Below, in pieces: positions 1 through 13,350 of a stretch of 64,000 bases of DNA. The DNA lies in assembly GCA_964247055.1 (NCBI GenBank), contig OZ176051.1, forward strand, positions 3,224,001 to 3,288,000. The letters run 5' to 3'. The DNA comes from Paragordius varius. Taxonomy: Eukaryota; Animalia; Nematomorpha. Each line of letters begins with the position of its first letter. Positions within the stretch are counted from its first letter, which is position 1. A program made the position numbers and the translations under genes. The notes under the pieces are model-generated. The model was not told the origin of the DNA, ran no database searches, and worked only from the letters and a program-made list of their open reading frames with translations.

Positions 1-152
1 TTAACAAAATTGCGTAAAATTGTGGATTTTATTTAAAATGTATAGAACAATATAGGCACTTTTTTGAGCCGTGTGGGGCCGACAACCACATTATCATCTA
101 TCGCCTAAAAAAAGTTTAGAATTTTATAGGTGACAATAAGATTCATCTTCAT

Positions 153-1500
153 CAGGGGTCGGCAACATGCAGCCCAATAATTCAAAAAGTCTTAAAAAAT
201 TAATAAATTTTTAGCTCGACTGCGCGAAAATCGTATTTGTTACACAAATTTAATAATCATTACTAGTTTTGTATAAAGGGTTTAAAATTCATTTCATTTA
301 ATCAGTTTGCTGCTGGATGTTTATAAGTTCCAGCAACCAGCGAAATTCCGCATTAATCAAAACTTCCTTTGATATATCAAAATCGATTGCAGAAAACAAT
401 AAACCGTTCACCGAAGGAGAGTTTATAAAAAAGCGTCTCCTTGTTACCGTCAAACAAATATGCTCCCAACAAATGAAAAAGGTTTTTTAAGCTTGGCACA
501 TACCATTGTGCCACGAATTGAAAATATATCAGCCGATAAGGTTTAATAATCAAAAAAAAATACTTCTCAATAGCACTCGATAAAAGCCATGGCACAGGAG
601 CTCAATTGTTAATTTTTATCCGAGAAATTGATAAACAATTCTGTGTAACAGAACTGCTATATCAAAAAGTCTACATGAGAAAACAAAAGGTGAAGATAAA
701 TTTGCAACTATTAGATGTTTTCATTATATACGATATCAAATGGTTTCAATTAAAAAATGTGACCACTGATGGGGGAACATGACGGGTTATAATTCTGGTT
801 TGATTGGCCTGATTAATAAGAAATTTTTTTCAACTTCATTGCATTATTCTACGCGCTATGTGCAAAAGTTGTGAATTTAGAAAATGTTATAAATATTGTT
901 GTAAAATTTATATAATCCATTTGTAGAAACGGTGGTAAGCATCGACTATTTCATGTTTTTTAAAATGAAATTGAGACAAAATATGAAGATATCATTTATT
1001 TTTCTAAAATATGATGGTTCAGTCACGGTAAAGTTTTACAAAGATTTTTTGAGTTAATAAATGATATCGAAATGTTTTTAGAAATAATATGCCAGAGTTG
1101 TCATATTTTGAATGGTTGAGTGAATATCGCATATTTTTATTAATTCACCAAAAATACTGGATAAAAATTTTTGCAATCGGTTTAAGATTTTTATGCAAAA
1201 GAATACTTCGTTTGAAAATTCTTTTAGTTTTGATATTGTTAACGCACATGAGTGTAATTGATTTGCGATCTAGCAGTCTTAAAAAATAACTTTAAGAACA
1301 ATGATTAATTATATTTTATTTAAAGTTACTCATTTAAGAATTACCCAATGGATTAGTATATTTTCTAGTACTTATGTGAACAAACGTTTTCAAAATGATT
1401 TTCATAAAATCAAAGCAACGAACGAAATTGACGGATGAAAATTCGCATAATTTGTTGAGGATCGATTCGCAAACACAAACAGACTTTAAAAATTATTCGA
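153..1500 (+). pseudogene. Decayed hAT transposon, GTF2IRD2/SPIN-like transposase relic (in DIS3 intron 4)
   Basis: Left end CAGGGGTCGGCAAC at 153; broken motifs KPFTEGEFIK, FSIALD, QLLIFIR, VTTDG, HGKVLQRF, KLTDENSHNLLRI; right end not found. Confidence 0.8.
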
Positions 1501-2420
1501 CAATAAATAAGGTAATCTTTTTTGTTGCTTTAAAAATATAGTTTAATTATATAACTAAGTTAAATAATTTGCGATGCAGAGATTCTTAACACAAGTTTTG
1601 TAAATTTTTAATAAAACAGGATAAATAGCTCTCATTTGATATTTCGTTGAATCGAAGCCACAAGAAATGTTAACGTACTTATTCAGGAATTTTATAATTT
1701 TTATTTAATACCTCCCTTTTTATCCTTTTAATTTTATTAAAATCCAACGGCTGAGCTATTAATTTTAAAATTATATGCTCTGCCAATTTCATGAGAAAAT
1801 CCGAAATCTCTGAATTATACCGGTTATTTATAGATTTTAAAATAATATATAACTTTTTTGGATAAATATGTTATTGATATATTAAAAATGTATGTTTTTA
1901 TTTACAAGGTATAAAATTTTAACAGTTCTATAAAATAAATTGCATGATTATAATATTTATATCCGAGAATGATACATATTATTATGCCAAGAAAAACTAA
2001 AAATTGGTTTCAAGATCTTTTAAAGTAAATAATATTGCACAAAAAAATTCCAAAAAGAATAAAAACGGATAAGCTGATAATGTAATAATATCAATAATGA
2101 TATGTTTGAGTGAAAAAAAAGAAAAAATATAATGAAAAGAATGAGAGGGTGTAATTTCATATTCCACTAATTTTGATACCATGATTTTATTTTTCCTCAA
2201 TTATAAATACAGCAGTAACAATAATTAATGATAGTTAGTTAATCCCTATATACCTAAATTAGGATATTGCTATATCAATGTAGAAATTCGAAATGATATT
2301 CTTACGAAACAAATATTACAAAATAACTTCAATAGGTGTGCCTAATAAATTTTTAAAACAACAAGCATCATCTGATTGTATATTTGGTTTAAAAATAAAA
2401 AAAGTTATAAATTTAATTAC

Positions 2421-2564
2421 AGTTTCGGAGCTAGTTGAAGATGATACATGTACTTCGGCCTCCAAATAATTGTTGTAATTGACTGAAAAGACTCCTTGAA
2501 CCAATTTCTTTTGAGCAACTCGTTTTTCAATCTCCTTAATGTCAAGATGGTCAGGAAAATGAAT
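2421..2564 (-). CDS. DIS3: DIS3 exon 4 (IHFPDHLDIKEIEKRVAQKKLVQGVFSVNYNNYLEAEVHVSSSTSSET)
   Basis: 144 nt, phase 0-0; matches DIS3 CSD1 IIFSEHL...QGTFRASRENYLEA. Confidence 0.9.
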
Positions 2565-2774
2565 CTAATTGAACAGGTTTGAAAATATTGTAATAATAGT
2601 TATAATCATAAAAATAAATTCTAATTGAAGTTTTCATAATTGCGAATACACATATAAGATCTATATTAATCTCATACGCATATTCTCTAAAGTTATGTTT
2701 ATAGTCATAATAATATTTAATATGTTCATCAAAAAGTTGGATAAAATAATAACATATTTATTTTGTCAAAATGT

Positions 2775-2815
<41 letters not shown>

Positions 2816-5800
2816 CCTAAATAATCAATTAATTTATTTGTATTATCATTAACTTGTAAAATCTCCAAAAAACTAAAATAGCGGTGTTTATTATTCCGGT
2901 GCAAGTAAAATATACTTAAAAATTCTTATTTATTATTTAAAAGATAATTAATACATATATATATTAAATGTAATATTATAAGAAAAATATATAATATAAC
3001 CATGTTTCAGAATGCCATCTCTATATACCACTTATTTATAATTGGTACTGGGACAAGAACTCATTATTATTTAGCAGTTTTAATGATAATAGAATTGAAT
3101 TTATTTATTCATACATTTTCCAAAAAATAAAAAACCGACCGATACCTATTGCATATACCATTTTCAATTCAAGAGCGTCTTTGAACACTTCAAGTTGGTC
3201 CTTAATCTTTTTATGTTTAGATTTCATGATTATTTCATGTATTTTAATATTTTTAACCTAAATTTTTATATTTATTATATATTTATTCATTTAAAACCGA
3301 TATTTTATTTATAAGGGCAAAAAAGACCGTTTTAACGTTTCCAACTTTCGTCCCATATACGCATCTTAGAACATGGTTTTAAAATCTGTGAACCAAAATA
3401 ATCCGTCGAAAATGCAGCATATTTTCTATGTAATTTGAATTTTTAAAAAACAAGGGGACTATAGATGCAAAATTTTATAATCCGCCAATTACAAAATGTT
3501 CACGTGAAAATTCTCCCACTCCACTATGCGTTTGTGGACATGGAGCGGGCTTTAATTCAGTCCGGCACAGAAGGCAAGTGAGGGAAAAATATGATACAAA
3601 TAATAGAAGCACGATATGAGCACACCTCAACTGTTACCATACAAGCGTTGGCGAAACAAACCCCATCCAACTTGACAAGGCTCTATACTGATCACAAAGG
3701 ACACGAAAAATACCTTTGACAGCAAATGAATTAATCAAAATATTAAATTTATGGAAGGATACACTAAGTAAATTCGGTCTGAAAAAGAATATTGGGAAAA
3801 CCAAACTAATGTTCGATGAAAACAAGACAATAAAATTGCCTTGCTCTGTGTTCTCGAATGTTACGTCAAATTCAATAAAGTGTAACGAATGTTCAAAATG
3901 GGTGCATAAAAATGATCCACTTTAAAAAGTTTAATAAAAACTATATCTGCTCCCCGTGCAGTACAACCAACACATTAACCATAGGATCTCCTCGCCCCGA
4001 GTCCCTAACTTTATGCAAATTTGTAGACAAATTTACATACCTGGGTGATACTTTAGATGCTGGTGGTGGCATAGAATCGGCCTTATTGCATAGAATCGAA
4101 GCTGACTGGAAAAAGTATCATAGTCTGCGTACACTAGTTAATAATAAATACGTTTTACTCAGTTCAAAGGCAAATTTTTTTATGGCCGCTATATGTCCTG
4201 CCATACTATACGGTACGGAAACATGGCCTATGACTAATATCACTGCTAAAGGGTGAGCACAAAATCATAAATGCCATCATCCTCGCATATAACCCAAAAA
4301 GCTAAAATTTCCGATCCAAATTTGCCCCTATAAACCAATTAATACATATATCCGTGAATACTGTTTACGTTGGGCTGGTGACATCCCTAGAGCCCAAGGC
4401 ACAAACTGGATAAAGTTTATACAATCATATTCAACTAATAATAAAAATAAAAAAGGTAGACCTCAATAAACCTAGCACCCATTATTCAAAAAGACCTAGA
4501 CTTTCTCAATATAAAACACAAGCAGTGGACAGAATGGAATGGATAACTATTACACGTTTATCTCCTAAATAGCGTATGAAGGTGATATAATCGAAAACCA
4601 CCTTTTTTGTTTTATATTATTTTTTCCCAACAATATTATTAACTTATAAATGTTTTTGACAAAAAATTGTAATCATAACCTAGTAAGCTATTCTTATTTT
4701 GCGTGTTAAAATCTTATTAATTCAAATATTTAGAAAAGATATACGGTTTCCTAACGATAGTTGATGATTAAAAAGTTTATTAAATACAGAGAAGAGGTCA
4801 AAAACACTGTGCAAAAAAGAGGGTTAATTTTTTTAACAAAATTTTTTTTCATGAGATAGCTTAAGACCAGTAAATTCATTTGCCGTAAAAATTTTAATTT
4901 GTCGACGACCTAGTATTTGAGATATTAAGAGAAAATGGAAATCCGGCAAAGAGTGAAAATTAAGGATAATTTATAATTAATGATAAAAGTTGAGATGTAA
5001 TGGTTGATTATCATTTTAGAAGGTATTTTCTATATATAAATAGCTTAAAAACAAATGGGTATTTATAAAACAGTTTATAAGATGGCGTCTTTCTTTTAAC
5101 ACACTTAAAAGAAAAATTTTATGAAACTATATTAAATAATTTTTTTTAATTATTTACAGCTAAACTCCCTATTAAAATCCAACCACTAATTCTAAGATGT
5201 AATTGGATTGTATTAATTTACATCTATTGTTAATTTTTTCAATGACCAGTTGATTTCAAAAATATATATTAAATAAAAATTAAAACAAAATGCAAACTTT
5301 AACAAATAAATTCAAAAGCAATGAGATATAAAATACACAAACCTTGTGATTTTTGTCAAATAGATCATGTAAAAAATCATCGGTCGTCAAAATATTTCCC
5401 ATTTTATTTAGCAATTCGTCCTTGTTTTTGGCATATTCACATATATATTTTTCCAGGGTATAAGCGTAAATACCCTCTTCCAAAGCAATCTCCAAACTCC
5501 GTTTGTCATTCGTTAAAAATATAATTTTAAATGGAAGACAAGAACTATGTTTGGTGTACCATTTAACCGCTTTTCTTAGCGCCGCATCATTTCTATCATT
5601 AGTTGTGTATCCTAATTAAAAATAAATATAATTTATAATAGACAAACAATTAATATGTATAATAATAAAGATATCAAATAACTCAAACCCTAAATTTCTG
5701 AAATTTTGGTACTGAGAAAACACATCAATGTGTGTTAACAAAATAGCAAAACCTATTTGTACGATCAAAGTTATAATTTAAATATTTATCACTAATAATT

Positions 5801-6571
5801 TGGGCAAAATATTCATTTTGAGTAAAATATAAATAAAAGATTAAATGTAAAGAAATAATTATAAAATCTGGTGATGAATATCTATTAAGATTAAATAAGT
5901 ATATATTATATTTAATACAAAAAAATATGATAAACTGGACATATCCTAATTAATATAACACCTAAGGTTACTATTTATGAGAGTTTGGATAAAATCATCT
6001 TCCCCTTCCTGCCAAGATGGCATTTAAAAATAAATAAAAATAATTTATTGTATAGCGACGTGCGATTTTAGACTAGCATAGTTAAGCTAAGAGTAAAAAT
6101 TTATTTACCAGAAGTGACAGTTGCTAGGTATGTTTGGTGGTGATACTCATTGGCAAACGTATATACATTTCGATCGGGATGAAATATCAAACCACATATT
6201 CTTTTATAATTAGAATAATATTTTGATTTTAATTCGCTCAATGCTGTTTGCATGATTACTAAGTTGTGCTTCATATCATATTCAAATAAATTAAGCTATT
6301 TATTTAGAAAAATACATACGTGATGAATTAATAAATTGGTATCTGGAACCAAAATATGATACTGTTGAGTAACATCTTCTTGAAAATTTTCAGGCAAAAA
6401 TAATTGTAAACGTTGAATATTTCGGAAAGGTTTACATTTTAAACATGCTGCTATGCCACATACAATATCATTTCGCAGATATTGCTCCCGAACAATCTTA
6501 ATAATTCTTCCATTTCGAGTTTTTATATTAAAAACTTTATTTTTGACAAATGTATCACAATTTTGGTACAT
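2421..6571 (-). CDS. DIS3: DIS3/RRP44 exosome exoribonuclease, 5' part (exons 6571-6320, 6295-6109, 5611-5343, 2564-2421; continues beyond window start)
   Basis: The spliced translation shows the DIS3 N-terminus KIVREQYLRNDIVCG..C..C, PIN motifs PDTN, QTALSEL, NDRND and TND, and the CSD1 start HFPDHL...QGVFSVNYNNYLEA. All junctions are GT-AG with consistent phases (0,1,0). Confidence 0.95.
2778..2810. repeat. (TA)n microsatellite
   Basis: Direct inspection. Confidence 0.95.
3455..4570 (+). mobile_element. RTE-clade non-LTR retrotransposon, decayed RT/C-terminal fragment (antisense in DIS3 intron 3)
   Basis: Motifs AFVDMERA, FGLKKNIGKTKLM, C..C.KWVHK, FTYLG, LYGTETW, RWAGH, KGRP, with frameshifts. 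Confidence 0.85.
5343..5611 (-). CDS. DIS3: DIS3 exon 3 (YTTNDRNDAALRKAVKWY...TNDKRSLEIALEEGI...DKNHK)
   Basis: 269 nt, phase 1 to phase 0; NDRND and TND PIN catalytic motifs; overlaps ORF 5280-5495. Confidence 0.95.
6109..6295 (-). CDS. DIS3: DIS3 exon 2 (LNLFEYDMKHNLVIMQTALSELK...YTFANEYHHQTY)
   Basis: 187 nt, AG/GT bounded; matches the DIS3 PIN segment VIVLQTVLQEV...YTFTNEHH. Confidence 0.92.
6296..6319 (-). other. 24-nt micro-intron (DIS3 intron 1)
   Basis: gtatgtatttttctaaataaatag; removing it joins LIHH|LNLFE in frame, and retaining it gives an in-frame TAG. Confidence 0.9.
6320..6571 (-). CDS. DIS3: DIS3 exon 1 (84 codons, MYQN...PDTNLLIHH)
   Basis: ORF 6296-6571 up to the donor gtatgt; CR3 cysteines and PDTN PIN motif. 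Confidence 0.95.
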
Positions 6572-7404
6572 AATTGAAAATGATCGGTTTTAAATTAGGA
6601 TAGGATGGTTTATGCACATTATACGTGCACAAAAAATACGGCCTGATGATATATATGTACTATGCAAAGTTAAAAATACCTGAATTTGATAAATAGATGC
6701 AACAGAATTCTGATGATGGTGTATGTTTTGAGACTAAGCAGTAATTTGAAAATTATGTTTTTTAATTTCTCCATATCAAAAAATTGAATTTGCGCACATA
6801 CCAATTATATTTTTTTGGTGAAAAAGAATTTTTTTCAAAATATATTATTAAAATATATCATATATGTTAAATAAGCAAATTATTTTATAAAATTTTATTT
6901 TAGATGGGAGGTACGAAAGTCTCAAATTTTTAACTTTTCTAAAATAGACTAATTTTTTTTTAAAATAAACGTAAAAAAGCCGAAGTTGAGTGATATGATT
7001 TCGGATCTTTTAATAGTTGAAGTATGTTGAACAATTCTTCCGCTTATTTTTTAGTGTGCTTTTAACTTTTGTTATATGTACATAAAAACAGCTAACTTAT
7101 ATATGGAAGCAAACTAACCTTTAAATTGATTCTAAAGAGATTAAATGTTTACCATTATCGAATTTTATAGAAATGTGCTTTTATAATAACTTAAAGCGCT
7201 TTCAAACCGTTTCCATATGTTTCAAAAGAGCACGAAATACGCCTTAATAAAATTTGGCTAAAAAATATTTTTTTAAAAAATGCCTCTTTTCATAATAAAT
7301 TCGAAAAATTTATGGCGAAATCTCGTTGTTGTGTTAGTTTTAAAATAACTAACCCATTTTATACCGGAACAATCGAGACTTTTGGAGACTACATCCAAAA
7401 ACAT

Positions 7405-8423
7405 GGGGTGATAAAAAAGGCGCACTTGACTTGTAAGTCAACAAGTTGAGCAAGTTTACTTAAGCCAGCAGGTGTACACTTGAAGATCGGTGATAAAATA
7501 ACGCTTAAGTCAAGTCTTTTGCTTATGAATGTAACATTTTCCACTTAATTCAAATTTTACGGAAATTATTTTAATCATTTTCAGCCAAAATTTAATAAAT
7601 AATGCACAAATAGATAAACAATTAATAATATATGCATTTATTGAAGTTTTTCAAACTCACTGGTACGTATTTTATATAATATTATAGATTTTTCTAAATA
7701 TTGAGCCCGGTGATTTTTAAGTTGATGAAACCATTCGCCCTTAAAACAATCTTTTATTTTACCACACTACTTATTTTATTTGGAGTTTATTTGCAAATAA
7801 TGGGAAGATGTTTATACAATATAGCATATGATTATTTTTAATTGATTGTAATTAATACATTCGAAATAAATTTATGATATAAAAAATTATTTTCATTAGT
7901 TATTAGTGAAGTAACCTTAAGCGTTTATCAACAAAGATTTGAAATTTTACAAGATTAATATTTAATTATAAATTTTAAGAAATTTTCGACAATCAAATTT
8001 TTTTGCGGGTTCATGGAATTTATATATTTAGCATATTTTTATATACCATGTTCTTAAATATTACAGAGTTTTTCTAAAAATTTATCCTCTTTTGTATCCA
8101 CCCTTGAATAGGTTAATTAGCGAAAATTTATCAATAAACAATTTATAGCATTAACAAAGGTTTGAATTACATATAAAACCTAAATTTTTTACATAAATAG
8201 TTTCCAAAATTATTTTATCAATATTTTTATATCTGTCAAGTGTGCCCTTACACCACACTTGCAAAATAGTTTCACTTGATCATATGAATTTTTTTCACCT
8301 CCGAATCAGATTTTCTTGCTTGATTTAAGTCGCCTAATGTTAAATTTTTTTTATCACATGAAAGCAAGCCATGACTTGAAAAACTTGCAAGTCAAGCCAA
8401 AAAAAATTTTTATCACCCCACCC
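7405..8423 (+). mobile_element. Family A: roughly 1-kb non-autonomous TIR element, full copy
   Basis: Inverted ends (GGGT)GGGGTGATAAAAAA...TTTTTATCACCCCACCC with subterminal CTTGACTT/AAGTCAAG motifs; many homologous copies in the window. Confidence 0.8.
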
Positions 8424-8513
8424 AATGTTTTGATTTTTGTCACGGCCTTTTGAAATAGTTTTGTGCCCAGTACTTCATATCATTTTAATTATCTTAAAAA
8501 AATTTGAAAATAG

Positions 8514-9448
8514 GGGTGGGTGATAAAAAATTTGCTTGACTTTTTTCAAGGCATAACTTGCTTTCATGTGATAAAAAATATTTAGCATTAGACGACTTAA
8601 GTCAAGCAAGAAAACCTAACACGGAGGCGATACAAAATCATATTATCAAGTAAAAAAGATTTTGCAAGTATGGTGTAGGGCACACTTGACAGTTTTAAAA
8701 ATATGGATAAATTTTTTTTGAATAATATTTATGTATATAATTTAGGGTTTTTATGGGATTAAAACCTTTGTTAATGCTATAAACTGTTTATTTGATAATT
8801 TTTGGCTAATTAACCTATTCGAATTGCGTGGATATAGGGATAATTTTTTAGAAAAACTTTAATATTTAAGAACAATGCATATAAAAATATGCTAATATTA
8901 TGAATTCCTTGAAACCGCAAGAATTTTTAATATTTTAAAATTAATAATTTATTAATCTTTAAAATTTAAAATTTATGATTTACATAAAATAATAGCTAAA
9001 TGTTACTTCATCATTAATACATGTAAGTTATTTAGTATTTGTAAGTTGATGAGACCATTTGCCCTTAAAACATTTTCTATTATTTTCTGACAAGTTTAGC
9101 ATTGTTTTACGGTATAAAACACAATAATTATAGAGTATATTCTAATTATTTTTTCTCTATGCTAAAATTATCCCATACTTGTCTTTATTTCATCATAAAT
9201 TTATTTCAAATGTAATGTTGATAATAAATTAATAGTAATTATGTTATATTTCATAGACATATTCCAATTATAGGTGGGGTGATAAAAAAATTTTATGACT
9301 TGACTTGCAAGTTTTTCAGGTCATGGCTTGCTTTCATGTGATAAAGAAAATTTAACATTAGAGCACTTAAGCCAAGCAAGAAAACTTGAACAGGAGGTGA
9401 TAAAAAATCATATTATTTGGAACTTAAAGATATTGCATATGTGATATA
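8514..9448 (-). mobile_element. Family A, two truncated copies (about 8514-9260 and 9273-9448)
   Basis: Each starts with the family A right terminus GGGTG...ATAAAAAA-TTGACTTG; the second is cut off by the hAT at 9451. Confidence 0.75.
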
Positions 9449-9450
9449 GG

Positions 9451-11663
9451 TAAGGTGACCAGACGTCCCGCTTTTGGCGGGACAGTCCCGCTTTTTCACA
9501 CTTTGTCCCGCGTCAAATGTCCCGCTTTTTCACGATTATATAAAAAAAAATTTTTAATACAAATAAATTTTTTTTATCCGTTTAATTTTTTTATCATTAA
9601 ATATCTTTAAAATCTATTCAATTTTAATTTAAAATTTTTTATTTCGAATTTATATCATATGATTATACACTTTGCTTCCTACTACTACTGTCATCGTTAT
9701 CAAAAAGCCAAGTTAATACCACAAATCTCTAGATTAAAAATACCACAAATCGGTAGTTTACACGTTTATTTCAGAAAATTAAGGTAATGTAATACTTATT
9801 ATGCTAATATTTTAGTTTTATTACTTGTTAACATATCAAAAAGCCGAATTAATACCACAAATCGGTAGCTTAAAAGACAAATTTATACCACAAATCGGTA
9901 CCTTACACGTTTATTCCAGAAAATTAAGGTATTATAATATTTATTATACTAATAGTAGTTTAGAAATATGAGCACAAAAAGAGGTTGTAAATTCAACGAT
10001 GAATTAATGAAAGATTTTCTTTTTATCAAAAAAAACGAAGAATGAATCATCTGTTAAATGTCTTATATGCGAGGGGGAATTCACCCTAGCACATGGCGGC
10101 AAGTATGATATTACAAAGCATATGGAAATACAGAAACATACAAAATGTTTAGATATGGCGGCATCATCTTACAAAATGAGCGATTTTTTTCGAAAAACCG
10201 CTTTTGGTGAGGAAGAAAAGAATTTGGCACTAGCTGAGGGAGTGTTATCTTTTCACGCCGTTAATCACAATCATTCCTTTAGATCTATGGACTGTACCTC
10301 ACAGGTTATTCGCACGTTATTCCATAAAAAGTTTATATGTGCCCGTATAAAGGCTGAAGCCATTGTGTGCAATGTCCTTTCGCCACATGCATTGTCTGAA
10401 ATACAAAAAGTTTTGCTGAAAATTAATTTCTTATCCCTATACTCTGATGCATCAAATCACCATGAAACAAAATTATTCCCCACTTTAATAAGATATTTTG
10501 ATTCAAAAACCGGAGTAAAAATTAAAATAATATTAATTTCTCTACCCGGTGAAAATTCCGAATAATGTTTACTTCAATAATGCATATTCTAGAAAAAAAT
10601 AATTTAAAAGACTAAATTATCGTATATTGCGCTGGCAACACCAATACGAACTTTGGTGGAAAAGCAAAGAGGGGAACAAAAATATTTTTCATAAATTAAC
10701 AGATAATCTAAATCAAAACATTTTTGGCGTTGGGTGTGCAGCGCATATAATACACAACGCTATTCAAACAGCTGCTGATTTAGTACCCCTAGCTGTGGAA
10801 AATGTAGTTTGTTAAAATATAGCCCTATTTTTATATATACACGGTACGTGTTGTAACGCTTAAAGAATTCTGTGAAAATGCAGAAGTTTAATATCAAAAA
10901 ATGCTTGTATATTGTAAAACTCGTTGGTTAGCTTTTATGCCAGCTATCGAAACAATTTCAAAAATGTATGAACCTTTAAAATCTTTTTTTTATTACAGGA
11001 CAAATGTCCTACAACTTTAAAAAGTTTTTTGAAAGTGATTCTTTAAAAATATGGTTATTCTTACATAATCAAGCTTCGTTCTTTCAAAATGTTATTGAAT
11101 TTATAGGTGACAAAATTTCGGCAATCGAAGTAGCCAATGAAGTTAGTAACCTAAAATTCCAATGTCAAAACGGTTAGAAATTTTATACCATTAACCATCC
11201 GCAATATAATAAATAATTTAGAAAAACAAGGCTTAATAAATCGCCAAGATATCCTTTCCCATTTAAAAATCTTTTATACAAACTGTAAAGATTATTTGGA
11301 AGACTGGACGACGCAATTCAATGAAATTGATCATTTTCATTGGATAACATTAAAATCAGAATTTAATTGGTGCGATGTTCAAAAATCATTTGATTACATC
11401 TGCTCCCAAAAATTCTCAAAAAGTAATCTTTCAGAAAATGATCTTTTTTGTGAAGTATCATTAGTTAAAAGATATATTGATAATGAAAAACCTAAATTAT
11501 GGACAAAAGAAAAACAAACAGTAGGAAAGAAATGGTTGGAAATATTTCATCATTTTGAAGCCAACTATATTACATACAATAATATTTTAAAAATTGTGGA
11601 ATTCGCACTATCTTTACCTGGAACCAACGCTGCTACTGAGCGCGTTTTTCCACAGTAAATCAG
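9451..11663 (+). mobile_element. hAT element B1, 3'-truncated, with frameshifted transposase (about 9969-11658)
   Basis: Terminus TAAGGTGACCAGACGTCCCG; BED finger C..C...HGG..DITKH; HNHSFRSMDC, SDASNH, GCAAHIIHN, TRWLA, LPGTNAATERVF. Confidence 0.88.
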
Positions 11664-12692
11664 GGGTCGGGTGATAAAAAAAATTTTTTGACTTGACTTG
11701 CAAGTTTTTCAAGTCATGGCTTGCTTTCATGTGATAAAAAAAATTTAACATTACACGACTTAAGTCAAGCAAGAAAACTAGATAAGGAGGTGATAAAAAA
11801 TCATATGTACAAGTAAAACTTAAAGATTTTGCAAGTGTGGTGTAGGGCACACTTGACAGATTTAAAAATATGGATAAAATTATTTTGGAAACTATTTATA
11901 TACAAAATTTAGGTTTTATATGTAATTCAAACCTTTATTAATGCTATAAATTGTTAATTTGATAAATTTTGGCTAATTAATCTATTCATTGGGTGGATAC
12001 AAAAGATAATAAATTTATAGAAAGGCTCTGCTAATATTAAATAACATGGCACATAAAAATATAGTAAATATATCAATTCCGTGACCGGAAAAAAAATTGG
12101 ATTCTCGAAAATTTCTTAATAATAATTAAATATTAATCTTGTAAAATTTCAAATCTTCGTTTATTAAAAGCAAAACTTCACTTTTATCCAATGTAAAGAA
12201 TTTATTTCATCATAAATTTATTTCGAATGTAATGTTTATAATCAATTAAAAATAATTATGGTATATTGTATAAAAATTTTCCCATTATATTTGCAACTAG
12301 CCTCCAAACAAAATAAGTAGTGTGGTAAAATAATGGAAAGTGTTTTAAGGGCGAATGGTTTCATCAATCTAAAAATTAATACCAGGCTCACAATTTAGAA
12401 AACTCTATCATATTATATAAGATACGTACCAGTGAGTTTGAAAAACTTCAATAAATGCATATTGCATTTATTTTTTATCTTTTTGTGCCTTATTTCATAA
12501 ATTTTAGCTGAAAATGATCCAAAAAATTTCCATAAAATTCGAATTGGGTGGCAAAAAACTGTTACATTCATAAGCAAAAGACTTGACTTAAGATCACCGA
12601 TCTTCAAGTGTACACTTGCTGGCTTAAGTAATCTTGCTCAACTTGCCACGCTTGGCTTACAAGTCAAGTGCGACTTTTTTATCACCCCACCC
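11664..12692 (-). mobile_element. Family A full copy (reverse orientation)
   Basis: Both termini present; colinear with the reverse complement of 7405-8423. Confidence 0.8.
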
Positions 12693-12949
12693 TATATATC
12701 GCCTTTCAAATATCGTAAACCCTTGGTTAGATTTTTTATGCACAATTGTTATTTCGTGAGACTGGTATTGCTTAAAATAAATAATTAAGATATATGCTAT
12801 AATTATATATGTATTATAACTCTATTACGTTAAACTTGTAGTAAATAATATAAGAATGTTTGAAGAGCGAATAATTTCATTATCTAAAAAGCTATGGTAC
12901 CGGGTTAAATATTTAAAATAATCCTAATATTTATAATTTTAACATACGT

Positions 12950-13221
12950 GAGTTGAGTTTTACTTCAATAAATGCATATTGGATTGGGTGTTTATTTTTT
13001 TGTTGCCTTAATCAATAAATTTTCATTGTAAAATTTCAAAATATTCCCCGCATAATTTGAATTGGGTGGTAAAAAAATGTTACATTCATAAGCAAAAGAC
13101 TTGACTTAAGTGTTTTTTTATCACCGATCTTTAAGTGTACACTTGCTGGCTTAAGTTAACTTGCTCATCTTGCCACGCTCGGCTTACAAGTCGAGTACGA
13201 CTTCTTTATCACACCACCCTT
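12950..13221 (-). mobile_element. Family A terminal fragment
   Basis: Matches 12440-12692. Confidence 0.7.
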
Positions 13222-13350
13222 AATTTATATATTTGTTGTCTTTAAATATATTTGTTAAAAAAATCAAAATTTAAAAGCATGTATCCAAGTGTTAAGAAAA
13301 AAATAACGGCCAAAAAAATTTTTGTATCATGCACCTTAAAGGTTAAAGTA

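Noticed and set aside
1890-2000. IILGYKYYNHAIYFIELL as possible DIS3 exon 5 (IILQG...NRA...VELL)
   Set aside because: It lacks the conserved DGD/EDIV segment, and the available acceptor in the required phase hits a stop.
3159-3257. 99-nt AG/GT-bounded, phase 0-0 open frame in DIS3 intron 3 (possible cassette exon)
   Set aside because: DIS3 exons 3 and 4 join with no gap relative to known DIS3, and the peptide resembles nothing recognisable.
6612-6740. Possible divergent + strand gene start with a 28-nt intron (MHIIRAQKIRPDDIYVLCK-MQQNSDDG)
   Set aside because: No recognisable homology and no downstream exons found.
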